62,000 nt of DNA, taken from positions 7,788,835 through 7,850,834 of the forward strand of contig NC_057752.1 in the NCBI RefSeq assembly GCF_004010195.1, written 5' to 3'. Each line of letters opens with the position of its first letter. The stretch's first letter is position 1. This document shows positions 1 through 12,600 of this stretch, in pieces. The translations under genes were made by a program, and so were the position numbers. The DNA comes from Chiloscyllium plagiosum. Taxonomy: Eukaryota. The notes below the pieces were generated by a model. The model was given only the letters and a program-made list of their open reading frames with translations. It was not told where the DNA came from and ran no database searches.

Positions 1-85
1 GCGGGGGGGCGGGGTTAGGCGTGGTGGCGGAACGCGGCGGGGGGGCGGGGTTAGGCGTGGTGACGGAACGCGGCGGGGGGGCGGA
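1..85. repeat. 36-bp GC-rich tandem repeat, about 2.3 copies
   Basis: gcgggggggcggggttaggcgtggtg(g/a)cggaacgcg at 1-36 and 37-72, partial third copy. The unit is 12 codons long. Confidence 0.9.
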
Positions 86-468
86 GACACATGCGGCGAT
101 GCGGTCCAAACGTAGATTGCTGACGTCACTGGGGGCGGAAGTAGCTGCGGCGACCACGCAGACAGAGTTCTTCCCCATAGCCGCAGAGGTCGCCAATCTG
201 TTGGCGATTGTCTTCATGACGATCGCAGAGCAGGTTGTCTGTGCGGCGATCCCGGAGGCGGTTGTTTGGGCTGCGATCATGAAGTTGCGAGGTCGGTGGG
301 GGCGGAAGTGACGTCATCGGCGGCAGCGTCTGCGGCTATTGCCGCGGGCGCTGTAGCGGCCGCGTGTGTAATGGCGCCGGACTGGTTTCGGAGGCCGATG
401 GAAGTTTCTGGAACGGTTGAGGAATCCGGAGTTTGGGGGTAAGTGCATGAAAGTTTTTGGTACTTAGA
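1..468 (-). mobile_element. Fragment of a Penelope-like element ORF (low-complexity region upstream of RT), CpG-rich
   Basis: Minus strand reads KYQKLSCTYPQTPDSS...AAIAADAAADDVTSAPT and then PPPRSxTTPNPA repeats. This resembles, from recall, the pre-RT linker of shark Penelope ORFs. Composition changes abruptly to AT-rich at about 470. Confidence 0.5.
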
Positions 469-2238
469 GATCACGTGACCAACGACTGCCTCTATTATTA
501 TTGAACCGATGACCTCCCAGCTCAGAGGCAGATCAGTACCATTTGCCACAAGCCTCAATTATGACTTACTAATCAAACTGCAATTACCTATATCTGGATT
601 TCCAATTAGCCATATATGGCTTTTAGCTAAAGTACTGGACAACATGATTTTAAGTTACTTTATTATTGACCCAGACAGGTTTATGTTCACTGATGAAGTA
701 AGTTCAATGAAAATCCTTCCACATGCTACAAAAGACTACTTGTATAAGTCTAGGCTGCAGTTACACATCAATGACAACATTGGTACAAAAACGGTTTTGC
801 TTTTCACAAACACTAGCACGGTCAGTACCAGATTTAATTTTGGAGCAAAGCAGACAGCGATTCCCTGGAGGATACAGCCCCCACTGTGCAATTCCAAATA
901 AAGTCTAGCCCTGACATACAACATTTTTGTATCTATGCAAAGTGAAACTATTTGCACCAACAGTATTGTTATAGTTTCAAATGCAAATTTGATGATGCAT
1001 ACAGTCTCCCATAATGAGTGTAAGCTAGTCCCATCTCAATATATCTTAAAACCACATTTGATTTTGCTGTTTTACAGGGAGTTTCAATACCTGCAGTAAT
1101 GGTTTAATAGTGTTGAGTCACATCGGTCCTTTCAAGATGAAATCTATTCCAGTCCCCAAGCTTTGGTTTTTAATAACAACAGAGGTGAAGACACCACATA
1201 TCTCACAATAGCTTCAATTTTGATGTTCACTATTGAGATTATTTCTTCACATGGTTTCCTGTTAATCTTAGAAGCGCCCTTCCTCAATATTGCAAATTAA
1301 CAACTCAGTTGACGTGATTTGTTCCTTCACTGAAGCTGACCAATATTGCTCAGTTCGGATTAAGGTTTACTAAAAGGATGCTAGAGACATTCCTAATTGT
1401 TTACCATTAATAGCTATACAGGTCGTATCCATTTGCCAAAATATTATCACACTACAGTTGGAGATTACTTTCTGACCTGTTCTCCATACTATTAAAGATA
1501 ATTGAGGTTGCTTGTAATGTAAATAAATCCAATTATGTTAAAAATATATCAAAGTGCAGGGGTCAACATTGTGATCCATTACCTGACAAGTTATTCTGTG
1601 ACACACACATACTGATTTTAGACATTATTCAGTATATTTTGGTGTGAGTAAGTTGTGCTCCTTCTGTGAAACTGTCTATAAAAAAAGATAAACATTGTCT
1701 TTCCAGTCAAGTAGGTCCATCTGAATTTACTGCTTAGGCTAGACAGGAAGAGCAGATCCTTTTTTTTAAGCTGGGGTAGATTTGTCCTTTCCTCAGAATA
1801 TTTACAGACAGTTCTGAAAAACATATTTTGATTTACACCATTCAGGCTACCAATGGCCTGTTGAATGCACTCAATACTTTTGTGGATAACTGGAATCCCG
1901 GGTAAAATTGAAAAAGGAATCATTAGATGATACAGATGGATATCTCTCAAGAATACTTTGTATTCAAGTGTCTCTTGCATTAATGATTGACTTCTTACAG
2001 GGCAGTATGGTTCAGAGCTACAGTCCAGTTTACTGCTGTTTAGTAACCTTCTGCACACCACTTAAGTGTTCCACAGATTGCACCTATCCTGCTATACCCA
2101 TGTTATTATGTCATTGAACTGATAGTGCAGGTAAGTGCATGGACGTCAAATACCTCTGGATTATGATGCTACAGTGATGCCCAGATAGTACTATTCTAAG
2201 AAGCAAGAGAATAATAGAAAGAGGATGTCTCCAAAAAT

Positions 2239-3981
2239 GAGTGGAGCATAATGAGTTCTGATTGATGTGGCCTATGGCATGATGCATGCCAGAATCGGGC
2301 AATAAGTACAGTGAGGCCCATCTCGATGTCAAGATCATCTCACTCCATCTTTTAGGCTTTTCACAAGTGGCATGGCAAGATTCTTGCTCGGCAGCAGCAA
2401 GCTGTCAATCGACACTCATTATTGATTGTTAAACATTTTGTAAATGCCACACCTTGTCTCAGTAATATTCAGAATCCCATCTTAACAAACTCACTAAACA
2501 AGCTTGATGTTGGGAAAACTTGACATGCAAATCAGAGCAGATACCTGGTGACTTCAGTTCGCCACTTGCTCCAAACGACCTCCTCATTGGAAACCAAGCA
2601 CAAACACATTCCATGAGCACCAGCCACATTCACCCCACATTCACAGACATTGGCATCTGACATTTGCCAGCTGCTAAGAACCCTCATGGCATATCTCTGA
2701 TCCACTGAAAGGATTTTTCTGCACTTTGGGCTACACTGCTAACTCTGTATGCTCCAGGTCACACATCTACCTCATGGACTGCACCATGATGCATCTCCAG
2801 GCTCTTAATTCACTGTCATAGCATTCATTCACTCTGAGCCCACCTGGATGCTCATAGCATCCCTGCCTTTCATTGCCTTGCCTTTTGGCACTTTGCTCCT
2901 CAGCTAGAGATACCAAGCTCATATTACTGCTCTCTTGCTGTTTAGTGCTGATACAAAGTCAGGAAGGTTGTCATGTTTGTCAGCAGGCCTCTATCAAATC
3001 AAGGGAAATAGTCTTTGTTCAGTGGATCCTGGCCCAGTAGGACAGGAACTGCCTCCAAGGGCCAGTCCAAAATCTGCTTAGGGTAGTCAGAGTTGGGATA
3101 TTCTCCTTATAAGGGATGAGGAGCTAAATGACAGGCAGCACACCACCCAGCTTGACTCTTTCTGCCCTATTGTGGGCTGTTATCCTCATGGAATGAGAGG
3201 TGGACAGAGAGAGAGAGAGACAGACAAACAGACAGATATTAAGGAGCTGAATGTAAGTGGCACAGCTGTCATTTTTATTGCAGGTGGGGAGGTGTCCCAA
3301 ATGAATGAATAGGCAGGGCTTTAGGGCATACTGGGTTAGTGGTCTCAGGGTTTGGGTGGGTGACAGCAAATGAGGGCAGATGTTGCAGGCAATAGTGAAA
3401 GTGGTAGGTTTTGACCTATGGTGGGAATTGGGTTATGAGTGTGAGGTATTGAAGAGAAGATGATGGCACTTACACTGGCAGAGTGAAGAATGCAGTTCAT
3501 TCCACCAGATGGCTTAGACTGTTTTAATCTGGGTGGCAGCCCAAGAGTGGGCTGGCATGGTCTGGTGTCAGTGGCATTCATTGCCGGTCTGGGGGAAGAG
3601 GGCATCTCCTATCTGCACTAGCCCCTTCCAGCAGGAACTCCAGGTCTCTGCCCACATCATAGGGCACCGATTTCCCCCTCGTTTGCCATATCCAGGACAA
3701 ATGTTGGGAACTGTGCAGGACAACTCCATACTTGTCTGGGTACAAAGGGAGTTGGTGAATTTTGGGATTTCTGGTAAGCAATAAGTTGTTCCAGGAATAG
3801 TACATGGTAAGATGTGTCCAGAACCAGATGGGAGGGATGCCAGAGGGACATGGTCGGTAGTTCATGAGGCAAGTTTGATCAAAGATTTGGTGAGAAAACC
3901 TGCTTGGCCTGGCTGCAAAAAAATGCTCCAAAATCTTCACACAATTCAGACTTGGCCAAAAGAAAATGCAAGATTCAGCCC
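2239..3981 (-). mobile_element. Non-autonomous PIF/Harbinger-like element with decayed Myb/SANT ORF (copy 1)
   Basis: Colinear with 7847-11347. Right end AAGATTCAGCCC is the reverse complement of GGGCTGAATCTT. Minus frame RGKSVPYDVGRDLEFLLEG...RRCPLPP resembles the N-terminus of Harbinger Myb-like proteins. Confidence 0.6.
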
Positions 3982-4644
3982 GCTGACTCTGATTAGATGT
4001 CATAGAAGCCAGTCAGGAACTGGAGTATGATGCCAAAGATGAAATAACTCCACAGAGGCCAGTATGCCGTCACCAAGTCACCTTTCATTGATACATGGAG
4101 AGTCCTTGACACTGAGCCTGCTCTCAGAGGGAACAGAACCTCTGACATTCCAGATTAACAGCCCCAATCAAGAAACTCACACTCTAAGTCCACCTGGCCA
4201 ACCTCATGACAATCATTACATCTGTCCCCCGGGTCTGAGGACATAGACCAGTTCATTTTTTTGTGGCTCCTCCTGGGGTATTTTAGCACCAGGTCAGGTT
4301 CTTCCAACTCTGCCTCTGACACGAGCGGTTTGTAATGCACGTTAGCTCGCCTCTTGTGTCCGGAGCCTCTCAGAAGAAATTTATTCTCCTCTTCAGGCAG
4401 CAAAGATATCGAGATGGTAACATCTGCCACATCCATTTTAGATTGAGGGAGTAGGAGAACCCATTGGTTCTGGAACGTCAGAAAGGCAGTTGAGAAGCCG
4501 GGTGTGTTTCGCTCCCATGCTGCAAGTTTGCAGATTTCATGTGGGCCACATGCTTATTGACAGTCGCACCCACCTGAACTTTATACGTCACTGGACCTGA
4601 TCTCACATTGACCATGCCTCATACTCATGCAGTACCATTCCTGT

Positions 4645-5065
4645 ATTCATAGAGTGATAGAATCATTCGGCACGGAAAAAAAACCCTTCAGTCCAACCAG
4701 ACAATGCCAAATATAATCCCAAACTAAACTATTCACACCTGCCTGCTCCTAACCCATATTCCTCCAAACCTTTCCTATTCATGTACTTATCTAAGTGTCT
4801 TTTAAATGTAACTGTGCCTACATCCACTATTCCGTCAGGAAGTTCATTCTGCATGTGAACCATCATCTGTGTAAAAACTTTTCCCCATGTCTTTTTTAAA
4901 TCTCTCGCCACTCACCTTAAAAATATGCCACCTAGTCTTGAAATACCCCATCCTAGGGAAAAGACACCTACCATTAACACTACTATACTCTTTATAATTT
5001 ATAAACCTCTATAAGGTCTCCTCTCAACCTCCTACACTCCAGTGAAAAATGTCCCAAATTATCCA
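4645..5065 (-). mobile_element. CR1 LINE 3' end
   Basis: ORF 4729-4911(-) FTQ...NELP...TFKRHLDKYMNRKGLEEYG is a CR1 ORF2 C-terminus, followed by a ctatg-type tail. Confidence 0.9.
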
Positions 5066-5144
5066 GGTTTATTTACTTTTGCACCGAAGATAGATGGCAC
5101 TGGATGGGCCTTGCAGAATTGTGGAATTGCTTCCTGGTCAACAT

Positions 5145-5916
5145 TGTTATGACATGGAGGCGAACCTCTCTGTTAATTAAACCAAACACCAAGAAAAGCT
5201 TGCCTCACCTCAATCTGTTAAATATGAGTGATAGAGAACTCCCAAATTTCACTATTTGAAGAAAATGGCATCAATTTATTTTCTAATTCCAAAAGTGAAC
5301 ATTAAACAAAAACTATTCACAAATCTAAGCTCCTCCCCTTTCTCTTAACTATCTTCCTCCAACTCTATAACAATATGCTGTTCCAATAAAACACTTATTA
5401 AAATCACATCAACTTAATTTCAAAACTACACAATCTACGTCTTCTGTGTCTTCACTCTTCTAGCTACTGATCTTCCTGGGTTGTTTTCTTTCTTTTTACT
5501 GCAAGTATGTTTCACATGAAAAGGTACCTTTGATAGAGAGTGTTTCCTACTTTCTTGGAGAGCAAGATGTTATATTGGCACTTAGCTCTTCTGGCTCTAT
5601 AGCAGTTGTCAAAATGTCCTCATTCTTATACCCCCAATAACAGATTGTCTCATTGAATTTATTGTTTTGCCAACATTGAATCAAACTCGATTGGGTTTTA
5701 GTATCCTGTGGCATAAACTGGTTCAATTTGAATTGTTGTCAAAACAGCAACCAAAACTCAGGTATCCATTTCACAGCCAAATGTTACATATTTTCAATTT
5801 TCCAGTAAACTTTGGCTCTGCCATCCAGTCATATACACAGGTGCTTGTAATCTCTCAGGTCAGAACAGCATTCCCTCTCGCTTAAAAATACAATACACAC
5901 CTTCAACTTCATAACA
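5145..5916. mobile_element. Solo LTR, Gypsy-type
   Basis: Termini TGTTATGA...TCATAACA form a perfect 8-bp inverted pair. Flanks acat/acac are a near 4-bp TSD. Related to 56202-56864. Confidence 0.75.
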
Positions 5917-5959
5917 ACACGCAAGGTTGCCTTGGCTCCTTTGACAGTTTCTCCAGGTA

Positions 5960-6390
5960 TTTAATCAGGCAGCTATTTTCAAATCAAGAAATGTACAGCT
6001 AATACAAGTGAATCTTTTTCAACCAATTTCTCCCCATCAAGCTTGGGCCTGAGCCTTTCACTACAATCAGTGGGAACTGTACCAGCTGCTTCTCATAAGA
6101 AACATGAATTGAAGTTGTTCCCTTAATCTGTAAAGGTTCCCCGGTATAGTTTTTCAGTTGAGCTGAGGTCTTGCTCAAACTTAAGGATAGGAGTCCAGAG
6201 TGAATTTTGTTAATGACTGGTTGTGCAATCACTGAAACTGCTGTGCTAGTATCGTCCTCCATTAGAACTGGTGACCATTTAACCAGACATTTATTTTGAT
6301 TTGTTCCAATTTGAATGTTGCTCAGTAATTTAACTCAAACCAGAGTCCTCCCTAGGCCCTATACTTTGTGAAAGTCTCCTCTGGCCCTCA
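5960..6390 (-). mobile_element. Gypsy retrotransposon aspartic protease fragment
   Basis: MEDDTSTAVSVI...LKNYTGEPLQIKG...GPSLMGRNWL: a degenerate DTG motif plus the LLGRNW-type motif. Confidence 0.85.
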
Positions 6391-6454
6391 ACTACCAATC
6401 ACAGCCAGCGCCTAACAGATGTCTGTGCTCAAGACAAATACACCTGAAGCCACA

Positions 6455-7840
6455 CTACTGGCATCTACCTGACAATGTGGAACATTCCTTAGTATATCCT
6501 GTACACAAAGAGCAGGTCAAATACAACCAGGCCAATTACCACCCCATCAGTCTACACTCAATCATGGAAGGAGTCATCAACAGTGCTATCAAGTAGCATC
6601 GGCTCAGCAATAACCTGCTCAGTGACGCCCAGTTTGGGTTCCATTAGGGCCACTCAGCTCCTGACCTCATTACAGCCTTGGTTCAAACATGGACAAAAGA
6701 GCTGAATTCCAGAGTGAAGAGTGACAGCCCCTGACATCAAGGAGCCCTAACAAAACTGGACTCAATGGGTGTCACGGGCAAACTGTCTGCTGACTGGAGT
6801 AATACCTGGCACAAAGGAAGATGACTGTGCTTGTAGGAAGTCAGTCATCTCAGCTCCAGGACATCTCTGCAGGAGTTTCTTCAGATAGTGTCCTTAGTCC
6901 AACCATCTGCTTCATCAATGATCTTCTCCCCATCATGAAATCAGAAGTGGGGATGTTCGCCGATAATTGCACAATGATCAGCACCATTCGCAACTCCTCA
7001 GATAGTGAAGCAGTCCATGTTTAAATGCAACAAGATCGGGACAATATCTTGTTTGCGCTGAGATGTGTCAAGTAACATTCACACCACACAAATGCCTGGC
7101 AGTGACCATCTCCAACAAGACAAGACCTAACCATTGTCCCATGGCATTCCAAGACATTGCCATTAATGAATCCCCCATCATCCACATCTTAGGGCTTACC
7201 ATGGACCAGAAACTGAACTGGATGAGCCATATAAATATTGTGGCTATAAGAGCAGGTCAGAGGCTCGAAATACTGCAGCAGGTAGCTCATCTCCTGACTC
7301 CCCAAAGCCTGTCCACCATCTATAAGTTGGGAGTGTGATGGAATACTCCCCACTTGCCTGAATGGGTGCAGCTCCAACAGCACTCAAGAAGCTTGACACA
7401 GAACAAAGCAGCCCGCTTGATTGGCACTGCATCCAAAAGCATCCATTCCCTCCACCACTGATGCTTAGTAGCAGCAGTGTGTACCACCTACAAGATGTGC
7501 TGAAGAAATTCACCAAAGATCCTCAGACAGCACCTTCCAAACACCTGAACACTTTCATCTAGAAGGACAAAGGCAGCAGATACATGGGAACACCATTACC
7601 TACAAGTTCCCCTCCAAAACAATTACTGTCCAGATTTGAAAATATATCACCATCCCTTCAATGTCATTGGGTTAAAATCCTGGAACTCCTTTCCCGAGAA
7701 CATTGTGTGTGCGTCTACAGTGCATTGACTGCAGTAGTTTAAGATGGCAGTTCACAACAACCTTCTCAAGGGTAACCAGAACTGGCCAATAAATGTGAAC
7801 CCAGCCACCAATGTCCACATCCCCTGAATGAATAAAAAAA
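6455..7840 (+). mobile_element. CR1-clade LINE (family B), RT to 3' end
   Basis: NYHPISL, AQFGF, SVLSPTICFINDL...MFADN (RT motifs). Ends cacatcccctgaatgaataaaaaaa. Confidence 0.85.
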
Positions 7841-7991
7841 TGTATTGGGTGGAATCTCATAGGCATCTGAGCAAAGTAGGCTATGGCGAAATGTTTGGCA
7901 GAATCGGACAAGAAGTCCGACCAGGCTGATCTCAACATAGTTAAAAATCGCACAACACCAGGTTATAGTCCAACAGGTTTAATTGGAAGCA

Positions 7992-8026
7992 CACTAGTTT
8001 TCGGAGCATCGCTCCTTCATCAGGTG
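7992..8026 (-). ncRNA. Minimal hammerhead ribozyme motif (Penelope), stem III variant
   Basis: Reverse complement: CAC CTGATGA A GGAGC-GAT-GCTCC GAAA AC TA GTG. Confidence 0.65.
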
Positions 8027-9512
8027 GTAGCGGAGGGCTCAATCCTAACACACAGAATTTATAGCAAAAATTTACAGTGTGATGTAACTGAAATTATACA
8101 TTGAAAAATTGATTGTGAAGCCTTTCATCTGTTAGAATACAGCGATAGTTTCACTTCTTTCATGTGTAAATCACAAAACCTTTTTTTAAAAAGTTGCATT
8201 CTCGGGTTAGCTGTTAACAATGGTGATAGCTAGACAATATGTTGAAGGTGTTGGCCCCCTGTGTTCTCTGTCTATGNNNNNNNNNNNNNNNNNNNNNNNN
8301 NNNNNNNNNNNNTGTGTGTGTGTGTGTATGTGTGTGTGTGTAGTGAGTGCAGAGTGTCTTAAGTCTGTGAGGGGGTGCATGTGAGAGTGTGGGAGCGTGT
8401 GTGTCTGTAAGGGGGTGAGTGAGTGTCTATGTGCGCGTCTGTGTGTATGTGTGTCCGTGTGTACGTGTGTATAGGAGTGCTTGTGAGTGTGTGTGTGTGT
8501 AGGAGTATCTGTGCGAGTGTATAGTGCAATGGTGGTCACCTGTAGTGTGACATGAACCAAGGTACCGGTTGAGGCCCTCCTTATGGGTACCGAACTTAGC
8601 TATCAGCCTCTGCTCGGCCACTTTCCTCTGCTGCCTGTCCCGAAGTCCACCTTGGAGGATGGTCACCCGAAGGTCCGAGGCTAAATGTCCTGGACCACTG
8701 AAGCGTTCCCCAACTGGGAGGGAACCCTCCTGTCTGTTGATTGTTGTGCGGTGCACAACCCTGTCATGGTAGGCGCTGCAAGACGTGTCAGAGTGTGGAC
8801 ATAGATACAACCATTACGCATGGGGACACCTCCCACCTTGTACATGGCAGGTACTCATGTGACTCAGCCAATGTTGTCTATCTTATACGTTGCAGGCAAG
8901 GATCCCGGAGGCATGGTACATTGGGGAAACCGAGCAAAGGCTACGACAACGGATGAATGGGCACCGCACAACAATCAACAGACAGGAGGGTTCCCTCCCA
9001 GTTGGGGAACACTTCAGTGGTCCAGGACATTCAGCCTCGGACCAACCCCCAACCCAGACAGACAGACACACACACACACACAGACAAAGACAAAGACCCA
9101 TATACACACATATATTTTGTGGGGTGAATTAGTACTTGCAAGGTTACATTGTATTTTGCTCAAAAACTGCATGCATTCATGTAGAACTCTGAGCTCAAAA
9201 ACTGCATGAATTTATGTAAAACTCCGTTATCTCACTTTTTAGATTAGAATCAATCTAAACATCATGGCATAGACAGAGAACACAGGGGGCCAACACCTTC
9301 AACATATTGTCTAGCTATCACCATTGTTAACAGCTAACCCGAGAATGCAACTTTTTTAAAAAAAGGTTTTGTGATTTACACATGAAAGAAGTGTCACTGT
9401 ATTCTAACAGATGAAAGGCTTCACAATCAATTTTTCAATGTATAATTTCAGTTACATCACACTGTAAATTTTTGCTATAAATTCTGTGTATTCAGATTGA
9501 GCCCTCCGCTAC

Positions 9513-9547
9513 CACCTGATGAAGGAGTGTTACTCCGAAAGCTAGTG
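9513..9547 (+). ncRNA. Minimal hammerhead ribozyme motif (Penelope)
   Basis: CAC CTGATGA A GGAGT-GTT-ACTCC GAAA GC TA GTG: both core boxes, a 5-bp stem II, palindromic AGCT and a CAC/GTG stem I. Confidence 0.8.
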
Positions 9548-12149
9548 AGCTTTCAATTAAAACCTGTTGGACTATAACGTGGTGTGAGATTTTTAACTTT
9601 GTACACTCCAGTCCAACACCGGCATCTCCAAATCACAATCTCAACATAGAGAGCATATTTTCCCATCATTTATGCTTTTCACAAGCAGTGTGGTGAGTTT
9701 CTTGCTAAGCAGCAATGACTTACCAATTAAGGGAGATTATAGCTTGTTAAATGCCTTATGATGACCCAACTCACTTCATTAGTATTTAATTTTCTCTCTT
9801 ACCAAACTTGTCAAACAAGCTCAACATTGTAAATTCTAGACATAGAAATCAGAGCAGATGCCTGGTGAATTCAGCTCACTGCTTGCGCCAAACAACCCCC
9901 ATGTTGGACATGAGGTACCAACATCTCAGGACACGCTCCATGGTCACCAGCTACAGACACCGGCATCCAATATGTGCTAGTCTGTGAGAACCCTCATGGC
10001 ACATCTCCGATTCTCTTACAGGACACTCTTACAGGTGGCTCATCAATGCCCCACCTCAGACTGTACTGGTAACTCTCAGTAATGCTGCAGCAAGGACACT
10101 GTGTGCTCAGGGACACACCAGGCTATATCTCCAGCCTGTTCACTCGCTGTCATAGCGCTCACTCACTCTGAGTCAACCTGGATACTCACAGGATCCCTTT
10201 CTTTCAGTACCTTTGTGTACTTTCCCCCCTCAGCCAGAGATATGAGGCTTCTGTCTTGATGTGCTGTTTAGGGCAGATACAAAGGAAGGAAGCCTATCAT
10301 GGTTGTCAGCTGTCTTCAGTCAAGTACAGAGAGATAGCCCTAGCTCAGGGGGTCCTAGCACAGTAAGTCAAGGGCAGCCTCTGATACCAGTCCAGGGCCT
10401 TGGACATGGTCAGTCAGCAACTTGGGATACTCAGAGCCGGGATGCTCTCCACATAAAGTGCGAGAAGCCGAGTGTGGGCAGTCCAACACCTGTCTTAACT
10501 CTTTCAGTCCTACTGTGGGCTGTTTTCCTCCTGGAGTGAGAGAGGGGCAGTACAGGATGATGAAAGTGGATGGTACAGCAATTACTGTTGGTACAGGTGT
10601 CCTTAGTGAGTGAATGAGCAGTGCAGAGGACATGCAGGGTTAGCAATGTTAGGGGGTTGGGGTTGGTGACAGTGAATGAGGGAAGATATTGCAGCAGTAG
10701 TGAGAGTGGGAGAGCATGAGCCTGGGTGGGAGGTGGGTACAGGAGCAGAGAGAGACAGTGGGAGTGTGAGGTATCAGATAGAAGATGGCAGCACTTACAC
10801 TGGCTGGGTGGGGAAGGTCACTGACCTTCTTCCTACTGCCCTGGGCATTCCTCCAGATGCTAAGATTGTTTTAACCGGGACCAAGTTGGTCTGGTCTCAC
10901 CTTGGTGGCATTCACTGCTGGTTCTGGGGAAAGAGGAAGTCCTGTCTGTGCACTACCCCATTCAACAGGTCCTCCAGGTCCCTGCTCACACAGCAAGGCA
11001 CTGATTTCCTCCTGTCTGCCATGTCCAGGATAAATGTTGGGAATTGTGCAGACTGCAGCTGGCAGATTGGAATGTACTTCTCTGAGTATATACGGACTTT
11101 TAAAGATGATGTGGGCACAATGGATGCAGTAAATTCTCGGATATTCAGTAGGTAGTGATTTGTCCCGGGCATGGTCCATGGGAAGATGGATCCAGAATCG
11201 GACATGATGGACTCCATTGGGGTAAGCAGCTCGTGACGTGAGTTTAGTAAGACACTGTGAGAAAGCTTGCTCAGTCTTGTGGCAAGAATCCCTCCAAAAA
11301 ACTCGACTCAACTTGAATGTAGCCAAAGAAATCGTAGGATTCAGCACAAAAGCTTTGATAAGAATAGGGTTCTATAGATTCTGAATATAAATTCTTCTGA
11401 CTTTGCAAAAAGTACTTCTTGATATTGGATTTTGGGCGTTCATCTTCCCACTGTTAATTATTAGTATAGCTGGTGGATCGTTGTGGATTACTCCCCAGTG
11501 AACTAAGTCGGATCTGCTTCTTCTCCTGGCTTAATGGGACAAACTGCAAGATTGAAAGGTTAACTCAGATCTCTGGAACTTCAAAATAATGAAACAAATG
11601 AGGCTTGCTCTTAAAATCAGAAGAATGGATGGAAGAAAAAGTCTGCAATGAATCAACATTGCTCTTAACCCTCTCAATTCCAGATGCCATTTTTTTTTCC
11701 AGGGTCATTCCCCACTTGTGATCTTTGTTAAAGCCTTTCAATGCTTGTCCCCCCCCGCCCCCCCCACCCTTCACCACTGACTGCAGCCAGTCTTATTCAA
11801 TGCCCTGAATATACATCAGTTGAGGACCATTCTCACATTGCCCCTTTCCAAATTCCCACTCACTGAAAGGTTTATTCAAACAAGACCCATGCCTGTAATA
11901 TTGAAAGTGCCTCCAAGTCCTCAACTTTGTTGCATTTATGGCTTGCTACTTCATCCCGAGCCACCTCTGTAAAAATCAAGGGTACTGCGTCAGAGAAGGA
12001 GAGAGATAAAAGGGAGAACCCGAGATCAGAAAGTAAGGGATAGAATCAAGAATAACGGAAAGAGAAGAGAAACACATACAAAGCTGGAAATAACTCAGCC
12101 AAATTTTTGATTGAGAATCACAGTTCAATTTGAGTTTATTAAACACCCT

Positions 12150-12600
12150 GCTGTTCGTGTCTATATGCACAAAATCCTATTCAACCCACTGTGCTCACTA
12201 ACCTGTATTGGTTCCCAGTCTGTCAACCTTTAAAAATTGTCATCCTTGCTTTCAAATTCCGATAGCCTCACCCTTGACATCTTTTCATTCTTCTTCAGTC
12301 CCATAACTCTCCAAGGTCTTTTTGCTCCAATTCTGGCTTCTTGCACATTGCTAATTCTAATTGCTCCACAATTGGCAGCTATGCCTTCAGTTGTCTAGGC
12401 CCAAATTGATGGAATTATCTCCCTAAACTGCAACATTGCTCTCTTTCCTCCTTTAGGATACTCCATAAAACCTATCTCTACTACTTGTCCTAATAGCTCC
12501 AAATGTGATTCAGTGTCAATTCTTGCTTGATCTCACACATCTGAATCAGCTTAGAAGATATTACTACTTTAACAAGTACTAGTTATTGTTAAAAACTGTG
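12150..12600 (+). mobile_element. Old L2-like LINE 3' fragment
   Basis: Decayed equivalents of L.WLPV (ctgtattggttcccagtc) and AFS...P.LWN.LP (gccttcagttgtctaggccc...tggaattatctccc). Confidence 0.6.

Larger units (their letters stand above)
7941..9637. mobile_element. Penelope-like element, fold-back structure with GIY-YIG remnants
   Basis: Left arm (-) and right arm (+) are inverted copies. VVYLIRC / WYIGETEQRLRQRMNGHR are GIY-YIG motifs. 12-bp TSD atctcaacatag at 7929-7940 and 9638-9649. Confidence 0.92.
7847..11347 (-). mobile_element. Non-autonomous PIF/Harbinger-like element (copy 2), interrupted by a Penelope insertion
   Basis: Degenerate TIRs GGGTGGAATCT...AGGATTCAGCAC. Minus frame MADRRKSVPCCVSRDLEDLLNGVVHRQDFLFP is Myb/SANT-like. 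Colinear with 2239-3981. Confidence 0.6.

Noticed and set aside
1618..2061. 147-aa minus-strand ORF
   Set aside because: No recognisable domain, non-ATG start and no consistent splice pair.
2001..2130. Exon-like segment (cttcttacag| ... CAG|GTAAGT)
   Set aside because: All three frames contain stops. A shorter 2077-2130 version is open but has a weak acceptor and no partner exons.
3990..4620. Possible Harbinger transposase N-terminal relic (ORF 4155-4436, minus)
   Set aside because: Resemblance too weak to call without an alignment.
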